Shown piece by piece: positions 53,671 through 64,000 of a DNA stretch of 64,000 nucleotides (its first letter is position 1; every line of letters begins with the position of its first letter). Position numbers and translations under genes: made by a program. The notes under the pieces are model-generated. The model had not been told where the DNA came from. It searched no databases and worked only from the letters and a program-made list of their open reading frames with translations. Location of the stretch: NCBI GenBank assembly GCA_951406725.2, contig OX597829.1:20832001-20896000 (forward strand). Reading direction: 5' to 3'. This stretch comes from Octopus vulgaris. Lineage: Eukaryota.

Positions 53671-55069
53671 CTGAAATAAAATTTAAAATAAAGAGTATAC
53701 TTGTTGCATGAGAAAACTAACAAATAAAATACACTACTGAAATGTATAGAAAAAGAGAGATGAAATATTTTTAGGTTGAAAATTCCTGAAAAAAACCTTG
53801 TAATTTATCCCAAGGAGTGGGGGTCAAAAATAGTTTGATAAGTGCTATGCATGAGATCCTCAGTCTATCAGTCTAGAATGTAACTTGGAAGCTGATAATG
53901 TGTGTGTGTTTGATCATCATTATTATCATTTTAATGTGCACTTTTCTATGCTAACATGGGTCAGACCGATTTTCTTGAGGCAGATTCTCTATTGCCAGAT
54001 GCCCATTCTGTTAATACTTTTCACCTGTTTTCTAAGCAAGATCCTCATGCACAACAAACAGCTTGAACATAGTTATATGGTTAACTGGAAGCAAAGGAAA
54101 CCATTTGAATGTACCCCTTTTGATTATAAAGATCACATATAATGCCAAGACATGTCAAGAAACTCTAAACATGCTTTCACTGTGAACTACAAGCAATGAA
54201 CAATACTGTACTGATACCATGACTGTTGTTTACAGCCAGCAAACACATGTAAAGACAAAGGGGAATGTGAACTCACTCACACAAACACACTTCTTCAGCT
54301 TCTCTCTACCAATTTCACTCATAAGGTGTTGGTCAACCAACAGCTGTAGTATAGAATGTAAGCTGACAACATTCACACAATAGGACTGAAGCTATGACCC
54401 TTTCCTTTTTGCGATCAATATTGACAGTGATGCCACTATCATTCCACACACACTTTCCCCATGTAACATGCTGGAACTGTTTTAATGTCATCTGGAACAC
54501 CTCAGATCTTTGATTCTTTTGTTGCAGTTTATATACTTGATGTTTTAAATTCTCTTCATACTATCAGATATTGTTGCTTATGTCTTATTTTCTTCTAAAT
54601 TTTCCAGCTGTATTACTTAGCTATTGTACCAGTCCATCAGCATGTCATCTTCCACTTGGCAAGTACCTTCATCTGATCACAGATTTAGTCTGAAGTTTAT
54701 GGCAGAATTCAAGAGAAACTCTCATTTGTTCTCTATTTTAGGGTTCTTTATCTACCCCTCCTTTGTAAGATGTTGAATAGTTCTGCACCTTTCTTCTCCA
54801 TATTGTCATGTGTTTCAGGTTTTGTCTAGCTCTTACTCTGAAGTCTCTAAACTGAGTGGTACATTCTTCATTAGGGCAAGACATAGAATTCACAATGATT
54901 TGTTCTCCATTTTCATTTAGTCTAGCAAATGGTTAGGTCATTTGTGTCATGGGATTCAAAGAGCTTTCATCCCACTTCATTCCTTGTAACATATCCATAA
55001 CTTCTATGTATGTCAAAGTAGCCAATATAGAGTTGCTCATTAACTCTTTAGCATTCAGATTTTTTTATC

Positions 55070-56036
55070 AATGGTGGTTCAAGAAATTTTGTAGTAGTGA
55101 CAAGAGTCCTGAAGATGATAAGCATAGTGGTCGCCCATCGGATGTTGACAACAATCAACTAAGGGCCTTAGTCGAAGCCAATCCACACACAACTGTTCGA
55201 GAGCTTGCTTCTGAATTAGATGTAATGTATATGACAATTTCCAACCACTTGAAAGAGATTGGAAAAACAAAAATACTTGAGAAATGGGTGCCGCACGAAT
55301 TGAATCACAAGCAAAAAAAACGCCAGTTTGAAGTGTCGTCTTCCCTTCTTTTACGCAACAAGAACAACCTGTTTCTCGACCGGATTGTGATTTGCAATGA
55401 AAAGTGAATTCTTTACGACAACCGATGACACTCAGCTCAGTGGTTGGACACCGACGAAGCTCCACGGCACTTCCTGAAGCCAAAGTTGCACCAAAAGAAG
55501 GTCATGGTGACTATTTGGTGGTCTGCGGCCAGTCTCATCCATCACAGCTTTTTGGATCCAGGCAAAATCATTACGGCGAAGAAGTACTGTAAGCAAATGG
55601 ATGAAATGCATAAGAAACTCCAACAACAACAGCCAGCATGGGTCAAAAGAAAAGAACCAGTTCTTCTCCATGACAACACTCAGTCACACGTCGCACAACT
55701 GACCCTACAGAAGTTGAACAAACTGAGCTACGAAACACTGCCTCATCCACCATACTCACCAGACCTCCCACCTACCAACTACCACTTTTTCAAGCATCTC
55801 AACTTCCTGCATGAGAAATGCTTCAGAAACCAAGACGATGCCAAACACGCCTTCAACGACTTCATCACCACCAAACACAGGATTTTTACGCTACTGACAT
55901 AAATAAACTTGTTTTGCGTTGTCAAGTGTGTTGATTCTGATGGTGTTTATTTCAATTAATAAAGTTATGTTTGAGCTGAGGTATGAGCATCTGAATTTTA
56001 GGATTAAAAATCTCAAGAACTTTCTTGACAACATAA
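55070..56036 (+). mobile_element. mariner element, 5'-truncated, transposase with stops
   Basis: ORFs 54949..55407 and 55444..55902 have WVPHEL, LLHDN and HPPYSPDL. Confidence 0.9.
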
Positions 56037-56153
56037 TAACTATATTGTATTACAGAGATATATATATATATATATAAAGTTAATCCAAAAAAACACAACA
56101 ACACGAGGACGTGGAACAAATATAGTATTATTGGGCACTCAGGAAAGAAGGAA

Positions 56154-56190
56154 GGTTAAACGTTTCGAGTGGAGCTCTTCGTCGGAAACA
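56154..56190 (-). ncRNA. Minimal hammerhead motif with CCGACGA core, in a Penelope pLTR relic
   Basis: Minus strand reads GTTT-CCGACGA-aGAG ctcca CTC-GAAA-CG-TT-TAAC. Confidence 0.55.
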
Positions 56191-56716
56191 TAGGAGAAGG
56201 AAAGATCCAGAGAAGGGAAGACACAGGAAAAAAAAAAAATCGCCAACGGTACACATGAGGTCACATTTATATACACACACACATAAATTTTTCTTGAAGT
56301 CTGTATTGCAGTGTTGACAGACTTGCACTTAAAATACCCCACATATTTAATCAAAACTTATTAGTTACTAAGGTGAAAACACTATCTTTCACATACATAG
56401 TCTCCCTCTCTTTCTCAGCAACAACTTTTTCTCCTCTCCTTCCCTCACCCTACACATGTTATTACAGACAGAGTGACAAAGATCAGCATCTCTTTTATAA
56501 TATACTAGCTTAAAAGCTGCTCTCCATGAGGACTTTTAAGTTAACTCCTGCTGAGGGCTTATTGGGCCTGTGGTCCAAAACTAAAGACAGTGATATAATA
56601 AAGCATTTATTGGTACCCTACCAATATAGTATTACTTTAAATTCAGTTTAAATGAAAAACTTGTAACTTCACAAAATTTTTAGAGTTCTTTTAAAATTGG
56701 AAAATATATAAATGTA

Positions 56717-58540
56717 TCTCTTATTATAAAAGGCAGATTTTATCTGCCTCCCTTTGTCACTTATAGAAATCTACAATATAGGATTTCTTCAATTACAATT
56801 TACCTAGCATTTTTAAGAGTAGAATGCATTGGGTCATGCCAGGTCCAGTTTTTAAAATTTAAACTCCAATTAAGCAAAATTTACAGAAAACTCACATTCT
56901 GGTGTGTATGTCAAATGCTTTTCTTAGTCTGGTTTACAGCACACGCAAACGCGCACACACAGTGTGCAACGAATAAAATGAAACTAATTCACTGTGTGTG
57001 TGTTGACAGGTAGACAATAGAATGCGATGGCGATGTAATATTTGTTTCTGTCTATCACGCTGATAGATACATGAGTAAAATGTATGGCAAGCTAAGAGAT
57101 AAGAGTGAGTGAAAATGTTCTTGGAAGAGAGTAAATAGCGACAGAGTGATTTGAGGAAGACTAAACTGAAAGTATTTCTATAAAACGGATCACGCATGCT
57201 ATCAACATAATTTCTCCCACTTTCTCTTTGCAAGTGTACCTTAAACCACTACTCAAAAAATAAAAAAACACAGCAAACAGAAACAAATAAATACATAACG
57301 ATCTACTCCTCACACAATTTCTTCAATTAGAGTTTACCTAAGATTTTTCAAAGTACTCCATTCGGTCATGCCATAACAAATTTCTTTCAATTTCACCCCC
57401 AATTAAGACAAAATTCGAGAAAACTCAATATTTTAACATTTCACTCCGAAAGCACTGATGTACATGTGTGCGTGCGTGAGTGTGTGTGTGTGTGTGTTTG
57501 ATGGGTTGTGCGACACAAAGTGTGGTGTGTAAGTGAAGTGCTTTTGTTAGAGTGTGTAAAGAGACAGACAGAGTGAAAGACAGAAATAACTGAACTTTTT
57601 TTATTCACTTTTTGTAGTGAGTGACTGAGAGAGAAAAGAGAGAGAGAGGTTATGTATGTATATATGTATGTATGGCTTCAGTGACACACACACACAAAAA
57701 CACATACCTACGTACACCTAAAGCACGCACACACACACACACAAGCGGAGCGCGAACTTCAAAATTTTGGTAGTATTAATTTGCGAGCGTACTTCTAAGC
57801 GCGCGTAATTGAAAGTTTTCACTATGATATCATCACGTGCGAAAAAATTCGAAGGGTTTTGAACAATTGAGATACAGATGTCACGCCTGTATTGAAACCA
57901 TTGCTAAGCTGCCGTAATTGCTTAATTAAGACTTTGTTTAAATTGAAAGGGGCAAATATGTGACGAGGTTGAAAAAAAATACCCCAGAAAAAAAAATGTA
58001 CTGCTGGTATTTATATAATTCACTACTATTTTGCTACAATGTCATGAAAAAGAAAAAATTTAGGTATGTACAACATATATTATACATTTTTTATATTCAT
58101 TCAACAAAAATAAAAAAATCGAATTCGCCACCCCCTTTTCCCCGTTCGCGTTTGTGTAAAAAAAATTATTATCTAAGTTTTATCTCTATATAAAGCTAAA
58201 GTTGTCTGTGTGCGCCACGTTTGGTAACCTTCAACTAACACTATCTCCTCCGAGACCCTGCGGCGCAAGTTGACCAAAATTGAGAGTATGATAGAAGAAG
58301 GGTTGCTCTTCCTTCCGTAGAACATAAAATTCAAATCGGAGCATGTTAACACCAAAAATTATTTACATCAAAAAGATGCTTTTTTCTATGAAAATCCCTA
58401 TTTTTTACAATTTTTTCACTGCTGTGTCGCCACTTTTCGGTGTATTTCGACCAGAAAAATGTTCACAAGATTTTTACTTTTCAAAATTACAATTCCAGCG
58501 GGTCGAAACAAACCCGAGCAACGCCGGGCGATACTGCTAG
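56717..58540 (+). mobile_element. Non-autonomous Helitron(s); inner unit 58183-58540
   Basis: A|TC starts at 56717 and 58183; 3' hairpin CCCGAGC-AAC-GCCGGG followed by CTAG|T. Confidence 0.65.
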
Positions 58541-58544
58541 TATA

Positions 58545-60971
58545 TAATAATAATAATGAAATTATTGTATACAGTGCTCAGGTGCACCACAACTTGTCAG
58601 AAAGTGCATATAAAGTACATGCAGTAATGTAGAAATGTCTGGAAAGCGAACAATGTATGAGTCAGATACATGCTTGTATGTGTATGGAGGGGAGAAAATC
58701 AAGTGTAGTGTTGGCAAATCTCAGGAAGCATGGAAGTTTTGAAGGATGCAGTGCTCCGACAACTAACAACTGATGCCGCAGTTTGTTCCATGCTTCAGCA
58801 ACTCTCAGCGTGAAAAAATGTTTCCTGAAGTCATGGGAGCTGTGCTGTTTTCTGACTTTGTAAATATGTCCACAGGTGTTAGATGGGTGGACTTTGAAAA
58901 GGTGCTCAGAGTTATTGTTTGTAAGATGGTTGATAATTTTATGGGTGTCTGCCAAGTCAGCTGCCAGACGTCGGAGTTTCAATGTGTCCATGCCCAGGGA
59001 AGTAAGGCGTTCAGGATATGGCAAATGCCTGATGGAGGGTATTCTTTTGGTTACACATTGCTGAACGGCTTCCAGATGGTTGATATCCTGGGCAAGATAG
59101 GGGTTCCAGACCGGTGATGCAAATTCCAGGTGAGGTCTTACCATAGCTATATAAAGCCACAGATAGATAGCCGGAGAACGGCTCACAAAGGATTTGGTGA
59201 GTGATGCCAAGACACCCTCAGCCTTCTTGACAATTTTAGCGATGTGTTTTGTCCAATGCAAATCACTGTCAACAATAACACCCAGGTCACGTTCACATGA
59301 AGACTTTTTGAGACTAGTGTTCTGGAGGGAGTAGGTGGACGCTGGGTTTCTCCTCCCAAAATGCATGGTGGTACATTTGTCCACAGCCAGCTTGAGCTAC
59401 CAGTCCATGATCCACTGCTGCATTGTGTCCAGGTCTGATTGCAATAGAGATCTATAGCGTACAAGATTTGACCTCTTTATTTCGAGGTACAGCTTGATGT
59501 CATCTGCATATTTCAGCACTGTGGCATTCTTTAAGTTGGCATCTATGTCATTAACATATGCAACAAATAAAAGGGGGCCAAGAACAGATCCCTGTGGTAC
59601 ACCAGATGTCATCTCATAGGGCGAAGAGTGCTGTCCTAGAACTGTGACAACCTCTTTTCGGCTGAAAATAAAGGACTTCAACCAGTTATAGAGTTCGTCT
59701 CTTACACCCAACGCAGAAAGCTTCACCATAAGCCTTTTGTGTGGCACAGAGTTAAAAGCCTTAGCAAAGTCCAGGTAAACAACATCCACCCAGGATCCGC
59801 GATCAGTGATTTGGGTAACGTCCTCAAGAAACTCGATGAGTTGATTACAGCAGCTGGAGTTAGGAATAAATCTGAATTGTGACAGCTGGATGAGGCTGTG
59901 AGACTTCCAGAAGTTCCAGAGGGTTTCTCTGATACAAGATTCCATCAGTTTGGCGATGCAGCTAGTAAGACTGACGGGGCGATAGTTGACAGGCGATGAG
60001 CGGTCGCCTTTTTTGAACAGAGGGATGACACTGGCAGTTTTCCACTGTTCTGGAGTAACACCATTGTCAAGACAGAATTGGAAGAATAGAGAAAGTTGGC
60101 TTAGAAGAAAGTACCCACTGCGTTTGAGAAGTAGGTATGTAACACCATCGAGACCAGGAGAGGCATAATTGCATTTATTCTTAAGGTGGTGTTGCAGCAT
60201 TGCTGGTGTAAATTGCATAGTAGATATAGAGTCCGATGTCAGTGGTGATGAAGATGGAACATTTTGGTCTTCGACAGTAAAGATGCCGGCATAGCATCCA
60301 GCAATGATTTCTGCACATTCTTTGGGATTGCCAGTAATCTGTCCTGTGTGGGGATGGCGAAGGGGACCAACTGGAGAGTGGGGTCTCTGCTTTGGGTGCA
60401 CATACTTCCAGAGCACTTTGCTGTCAGGGTTAGCTGCAATGCGTTGTTCGAATTCAAGCACTGCCTTTTTTGTTACCTGCTTGAGGTGGTTGGCTGACCT
60501 ATTGCGCTTTTTCCTGTTCTCTCTGATTTGTGCAATTTGTATTCCTGTTCAGCATTACGGCGTTCTTTCCTGGCAAGTCGGACTGCTGCAGTCTCCCAAA
60601 TTGCACTATTGGGTGGTTTTTTGTGCTTGCGTAGTTCTGATGCTGCACATGCTGCCCATATTGAATTCAGAATGTTCTGGAGTATAGTGTCCACATCTCC
60701 AGAGGCATAAAATTCGAGCCAGTTTGGGCGTTGCAGCTCAGTACAATAAGAGCTCCAGTTTACTTTATTCCAGTCAAAGCGGGCAGTCTGAAGATGGTTG
60801 TAGATTTTGTTACAACCAATCAGAGACAAGTCGGCCATGATCATGGAATGATCAGAGTCACCTAAAGGTTCTTCGGTAGTGACACTAATGATTGTTTCTG
60901 GAGAAGCGGTAAGTAGCAGATCCAAAGTGTTGTTACCCCTTGTGGGGGAGGTAACAACTTGGGACCAATTT
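58545..60971 (-). mobile_element. CR1/L2-type LINE, 5'-truncated, in TDRD3 intron; near-identical to 21605-24040
   Basis: ORFs 60473..61003, 59397..60461 (YLDFAKAF, YADD) and 58662..59384; (ATT)n tail. Confidence 0.93.
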
Positions 60972-62083
60972 GAATTCAGCACCATACACACACACACACA
61001 CATACATGTGTGTATTGTGACTTTGTGTCTGTTTGTTCCCCACTATTGCTTGATAACTGGTGTTGTTGGGTTTTCTTGGATGTAACTTAGCGGTTTGGTA
61101 AAAGAGGCCAATAAAAAAGTAACAGGCATAAAAAAGAAAGAACTGATATCAATTTGTTTGATTGAAATTCTCTTCAAGGCGGTGTTCCTTTGTGGCCACA
61201 GTCTAATGACTGAGAAAGATTAAAAGAACCACTAAATTCCTTAGCAAAACTTAAAGGAGGTAACTCTTGTACCTCTCACAGTTGCTTTAGCTTCTGAAAT
61301 AGCAACCCAAATACTTTTAAATCAGATCCCAATACTGGATGTTCAGAACCAAATGAAAGGCAGACTTTCAATCCTGGGATCATCCTGATTCCAAAAAGGT
61401 ATAATATGTCTATGTAGAGTAAATGTAGACTGAGATACAGGGGTCCCAGATGGACAGGCAGAATTCTGCTTTTATTATAATAGAAGATTGCGCATGGGAT
61501 AGGAACTCAAGACAAATTATGTTGGAGTGGCTTTCTGGCACAGCTTTATTTTGAAGCCAATAGCAATTTTTCTATCTAAGTGTTTATAATGCTTTATCAT
61601 GAGTTCCTATCACTTGGAAAGTAAATAGAGACAAGGAACTTACTATCAATTAAAACACAGATATGCATTTGCAGGATATTAAAAATAATTTTTTTATGCA
61701 GAGGACAGAATTAGCAAAATTTAACAGACTGATTTATAAACAGCGGAAGAAATAACAACTGAAAGAGAACCACTTATATTTTATAATTCTAAGACAACTA
61801 GATATTCATACAAGAGAACCTACAGAAATAGGAATCATAGAAAAGAGCTGTGGTTAAGACTGACATCAATTAATTATTGCTTTATATAACAATAGCTCAG
61901 TCTAACATGTAATAACCAGTTTACAGAATGAGGGTTCATAAGTCATGAGAGTAAAGAATGAAACTTTACAGAAAAAAAAAAAAATTATGTTCAAAAGAAT
62001 AACAGTTCTAGATACAGTTGAAAAACATTGATAAATTAAGCTTATTTTTAGTGGTTCTGGAAATTAACCAATCTGTATGAAAA

Positions 62084-62117
<34 letters not shown>

Positions 62118-62310
62118 CTTCTTTCTTAATGCCTACTATTCAGCTGTGATGTATCAGTGAGAGACTTATTTCTATACATGTTGCCTAAAATAATCCAACA
62201 TTATAGTTTATAGTGTAATTTGAACTGATGATATTTGAGCATGGATCCTGACAATTCAATTTCAAAGCTACCAAAGTGAATGAGAGAAGAAAAAGTAAGT
62301 CGAAGCATAC

Positions 62311-62447
62311 TTGCTTGTTGCCACCAAAAGTTTTTATTTTCCCCTCTTCTTTTGCTTGAACAGCTTCTGCAATGGTAGCTTTCCGCTGATTTACAAATTC
62401 TTCACTCTCTTTCTTTTCTTTAGAAACTTCAAGAGATTTGAAATTAT
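62311..62447 (-). CDS. TDRD3: TDRD3 coding exon (DNFKSLEV...EEFVNQRKATIAEAVQAKEEGKIKTFGGNKQ)
   Basis: Lies inside ORF 62185..62457. ttttag acceptor and gtatgc donor; 137 nt, phase-compatible. Resembles TDRD3 'EFEKQR.AAIAEV...KTFGG'. Confidence 0.9.
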
Positions 62448-62905
62448 CTAAAAGCAATAAAATACAAAATAAACCATTAACTGTAAGTTTCCATAAGATG
62501 ATATTATCGTCCTCAATTAAATCAACTTACACTGACTACCAAAAGGCTTATACATAAAAAAAAACAGGTCTGTGTTTACATTTCAGTTCTTTATTATTAA
62601 AGCGACTGCTTTCATTAGCAGTAATAATGGGAACAAATGCTGAGCAGATTATTATCCAAAAGTAAGAAACATTTCAAACTTCAAGAAGAAAATATATTGA
62701 AATAGAAAATATTTGTCTTCATTTACTGAATGTATTATTTTCAAAACACGAAAAACATTCTTGTCATTTTTTTTAAGCAATTGAGCAGTAATTGGAGGCC
62801 ACTCTTAACTGTATACTATATACATGTTGCACTACCATTGTCACAAGAATAAAGCTTTACATAGCAATAACGTAATAAAATTATATAAATAAATTGATAA
62901 GATAC

Positions 62906-63008
62906 CTGTTCTGACAAGTTGTGATTTTGTCATTCTTGGGCCAAATGGTATAAAAGGTGGTGGACCACCTTCTGAAATGATGCCAGCTCGATGTTGCTTA
63001 GCCAGCCG
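62906..63008 (-). CDS. TDRD3: TDRD3 coding exon (RLAKQHRAGIISEGGPPPFIPFGPRMTKSQLVRT); first exon visible in the window
   Basis: Manually translated. tttcag acceptor and gtatc donor; 103 nt. EGGPPPF.PFG matches the motif that follows the OB fold in TDRD3. Confidence 0.9.
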
Positions 63009-63591
63009 CTGAAATTACAGAAAATACAATCAATTCAGTAAATTCCACTACCTTCTCATACAAGGTAAATTACTCAATGCATATAAATTTGAATTCAGAA
63101 TAGTGAAATACCAAACTAGATTCAGACTACTAAACTGTGCCCAAAACCAAATTATCTCAGTATAATGGCATATACAGACCAGGCAGCTGAACAGGGAGCA
63201 ATGGATAGGGATTGTGGACCATTTCACCCATAATTTTTTGTTTTTTAATAATATGTGCCTGTATGCATCTTTGTATATAACATTAGTATTTATAGACAAT
63301 AGGCAACTGCTCTTTAAAAACATTAAAATGTAATTTTTAGCAGATCTCTATTTAGTTAGAGGTCTGTTTTCATTTAATTGTGTATTCTATTTAACAGTGC
63401 ATGTAAATAGGTCTGATTCTCTATTTTTGCTTCAAGTCCTGTGAGTGTCACCATGTCTTGTCTGCTTTTGATAGCTTGTTTTCATTGTGGTGGCTTGCTT
63501 AGAGTCATATACTAACAATGTATAGGGACTGATGATGTAACATGCATAACGATATTGCTGAAAATCTCTAGCAAACTCTTCTTGCCTGTTA

Positions 63592-63936
63592 TCTCTCTAT
63601 ATATATAAACTGCAAAATGTCTGCGTGCGTGTCCTTTATACAAATCCACAATTTTTCAGTTAGAGGGCTCACACTTTCTATGGTCATTCAAAACCGTCCA
63701 AGGGTGGTCGTGCACATCTTTACATTTCCCCAAAAAATCAATAGAAGTGACTTTTTGTGAATTTTCTATCCAAAACCCAATCAAAATGCCCAAAACTTGA
63801 TACGCCAATTGAATGCCAGCTAGCTGTATGTGATTGGTCAGAGATTTGGACAGTACTCGCGTGTATGTGCGCACGCACACAGCTGTATATGCATGCACTA
63901 GCATTATGACCCGGCAATGCCGGGTCATAGTGCTAG
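63592..63936 (+). mobile_element. Non-autonomous Helitron, 345 bp
   Basis: A|TC start; 11-bp hairpin TATGACCCGGC-AAT-GCCGGGTCATA (63905-63929); CTAG|T end. Confidence 0.88.
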
Positions 63937-64000
63937 TTTCTCTATAAAACACCAGACTAATTTTCTATATGGGAATAAATTGCTTCTTTTATATTCTTCC

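Noticed and set aside
63009-64000. Further upstream TDRD3 exon (OB-fold)
   Set aside because: No convincing exon found; the region holds intron sequence and a Helitron, so the 5' exons lie outside the window.

Overview
Repeat-rich, AT-rich animal genomic DNA. The SINE, microsatellite and TE content suggests a cephalopod (octopus-like); this is an inference. One host gene is supported: the 3' eight coding exons of TDRD3 on the minus strand (63008 down to stop at 37933). They encode a UBA domain, a long N/Q/H/S/Y-rich low-complexity exon, a Tudor domain and a C-terminal PTQQxYxPP motif. All its introns are GT-AG and phase-consistent, and the 5' exons lie beyond the window. The rest is transposon landscape: RTE and CR1/L2-like LINEs, mariner/Tc1, hAT, piggyBac, Helitron, Gypsy relics, tRNA-SINEs and many Penelope fragments with hammerhead-ribozyme motifs. 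The most notable object is a young, apparently full-length Penelope-like element (2929-8171). It has near-identical 456-bp direct pLTRs, sits in a (TA)n tract, and has an intact RT+GIY-YIG ORF preceded by an extra coiled-coil ORF1. The ORF1/RT junction is at once a -1 slippery heptamer (U UUU UUA) and an in-frame splice acceptor for a Kozak-ATG mini-exon in the pLTR. The element also carries a CCAAT/CRE promoter array and a U3-A8 variant hammerhead motif.
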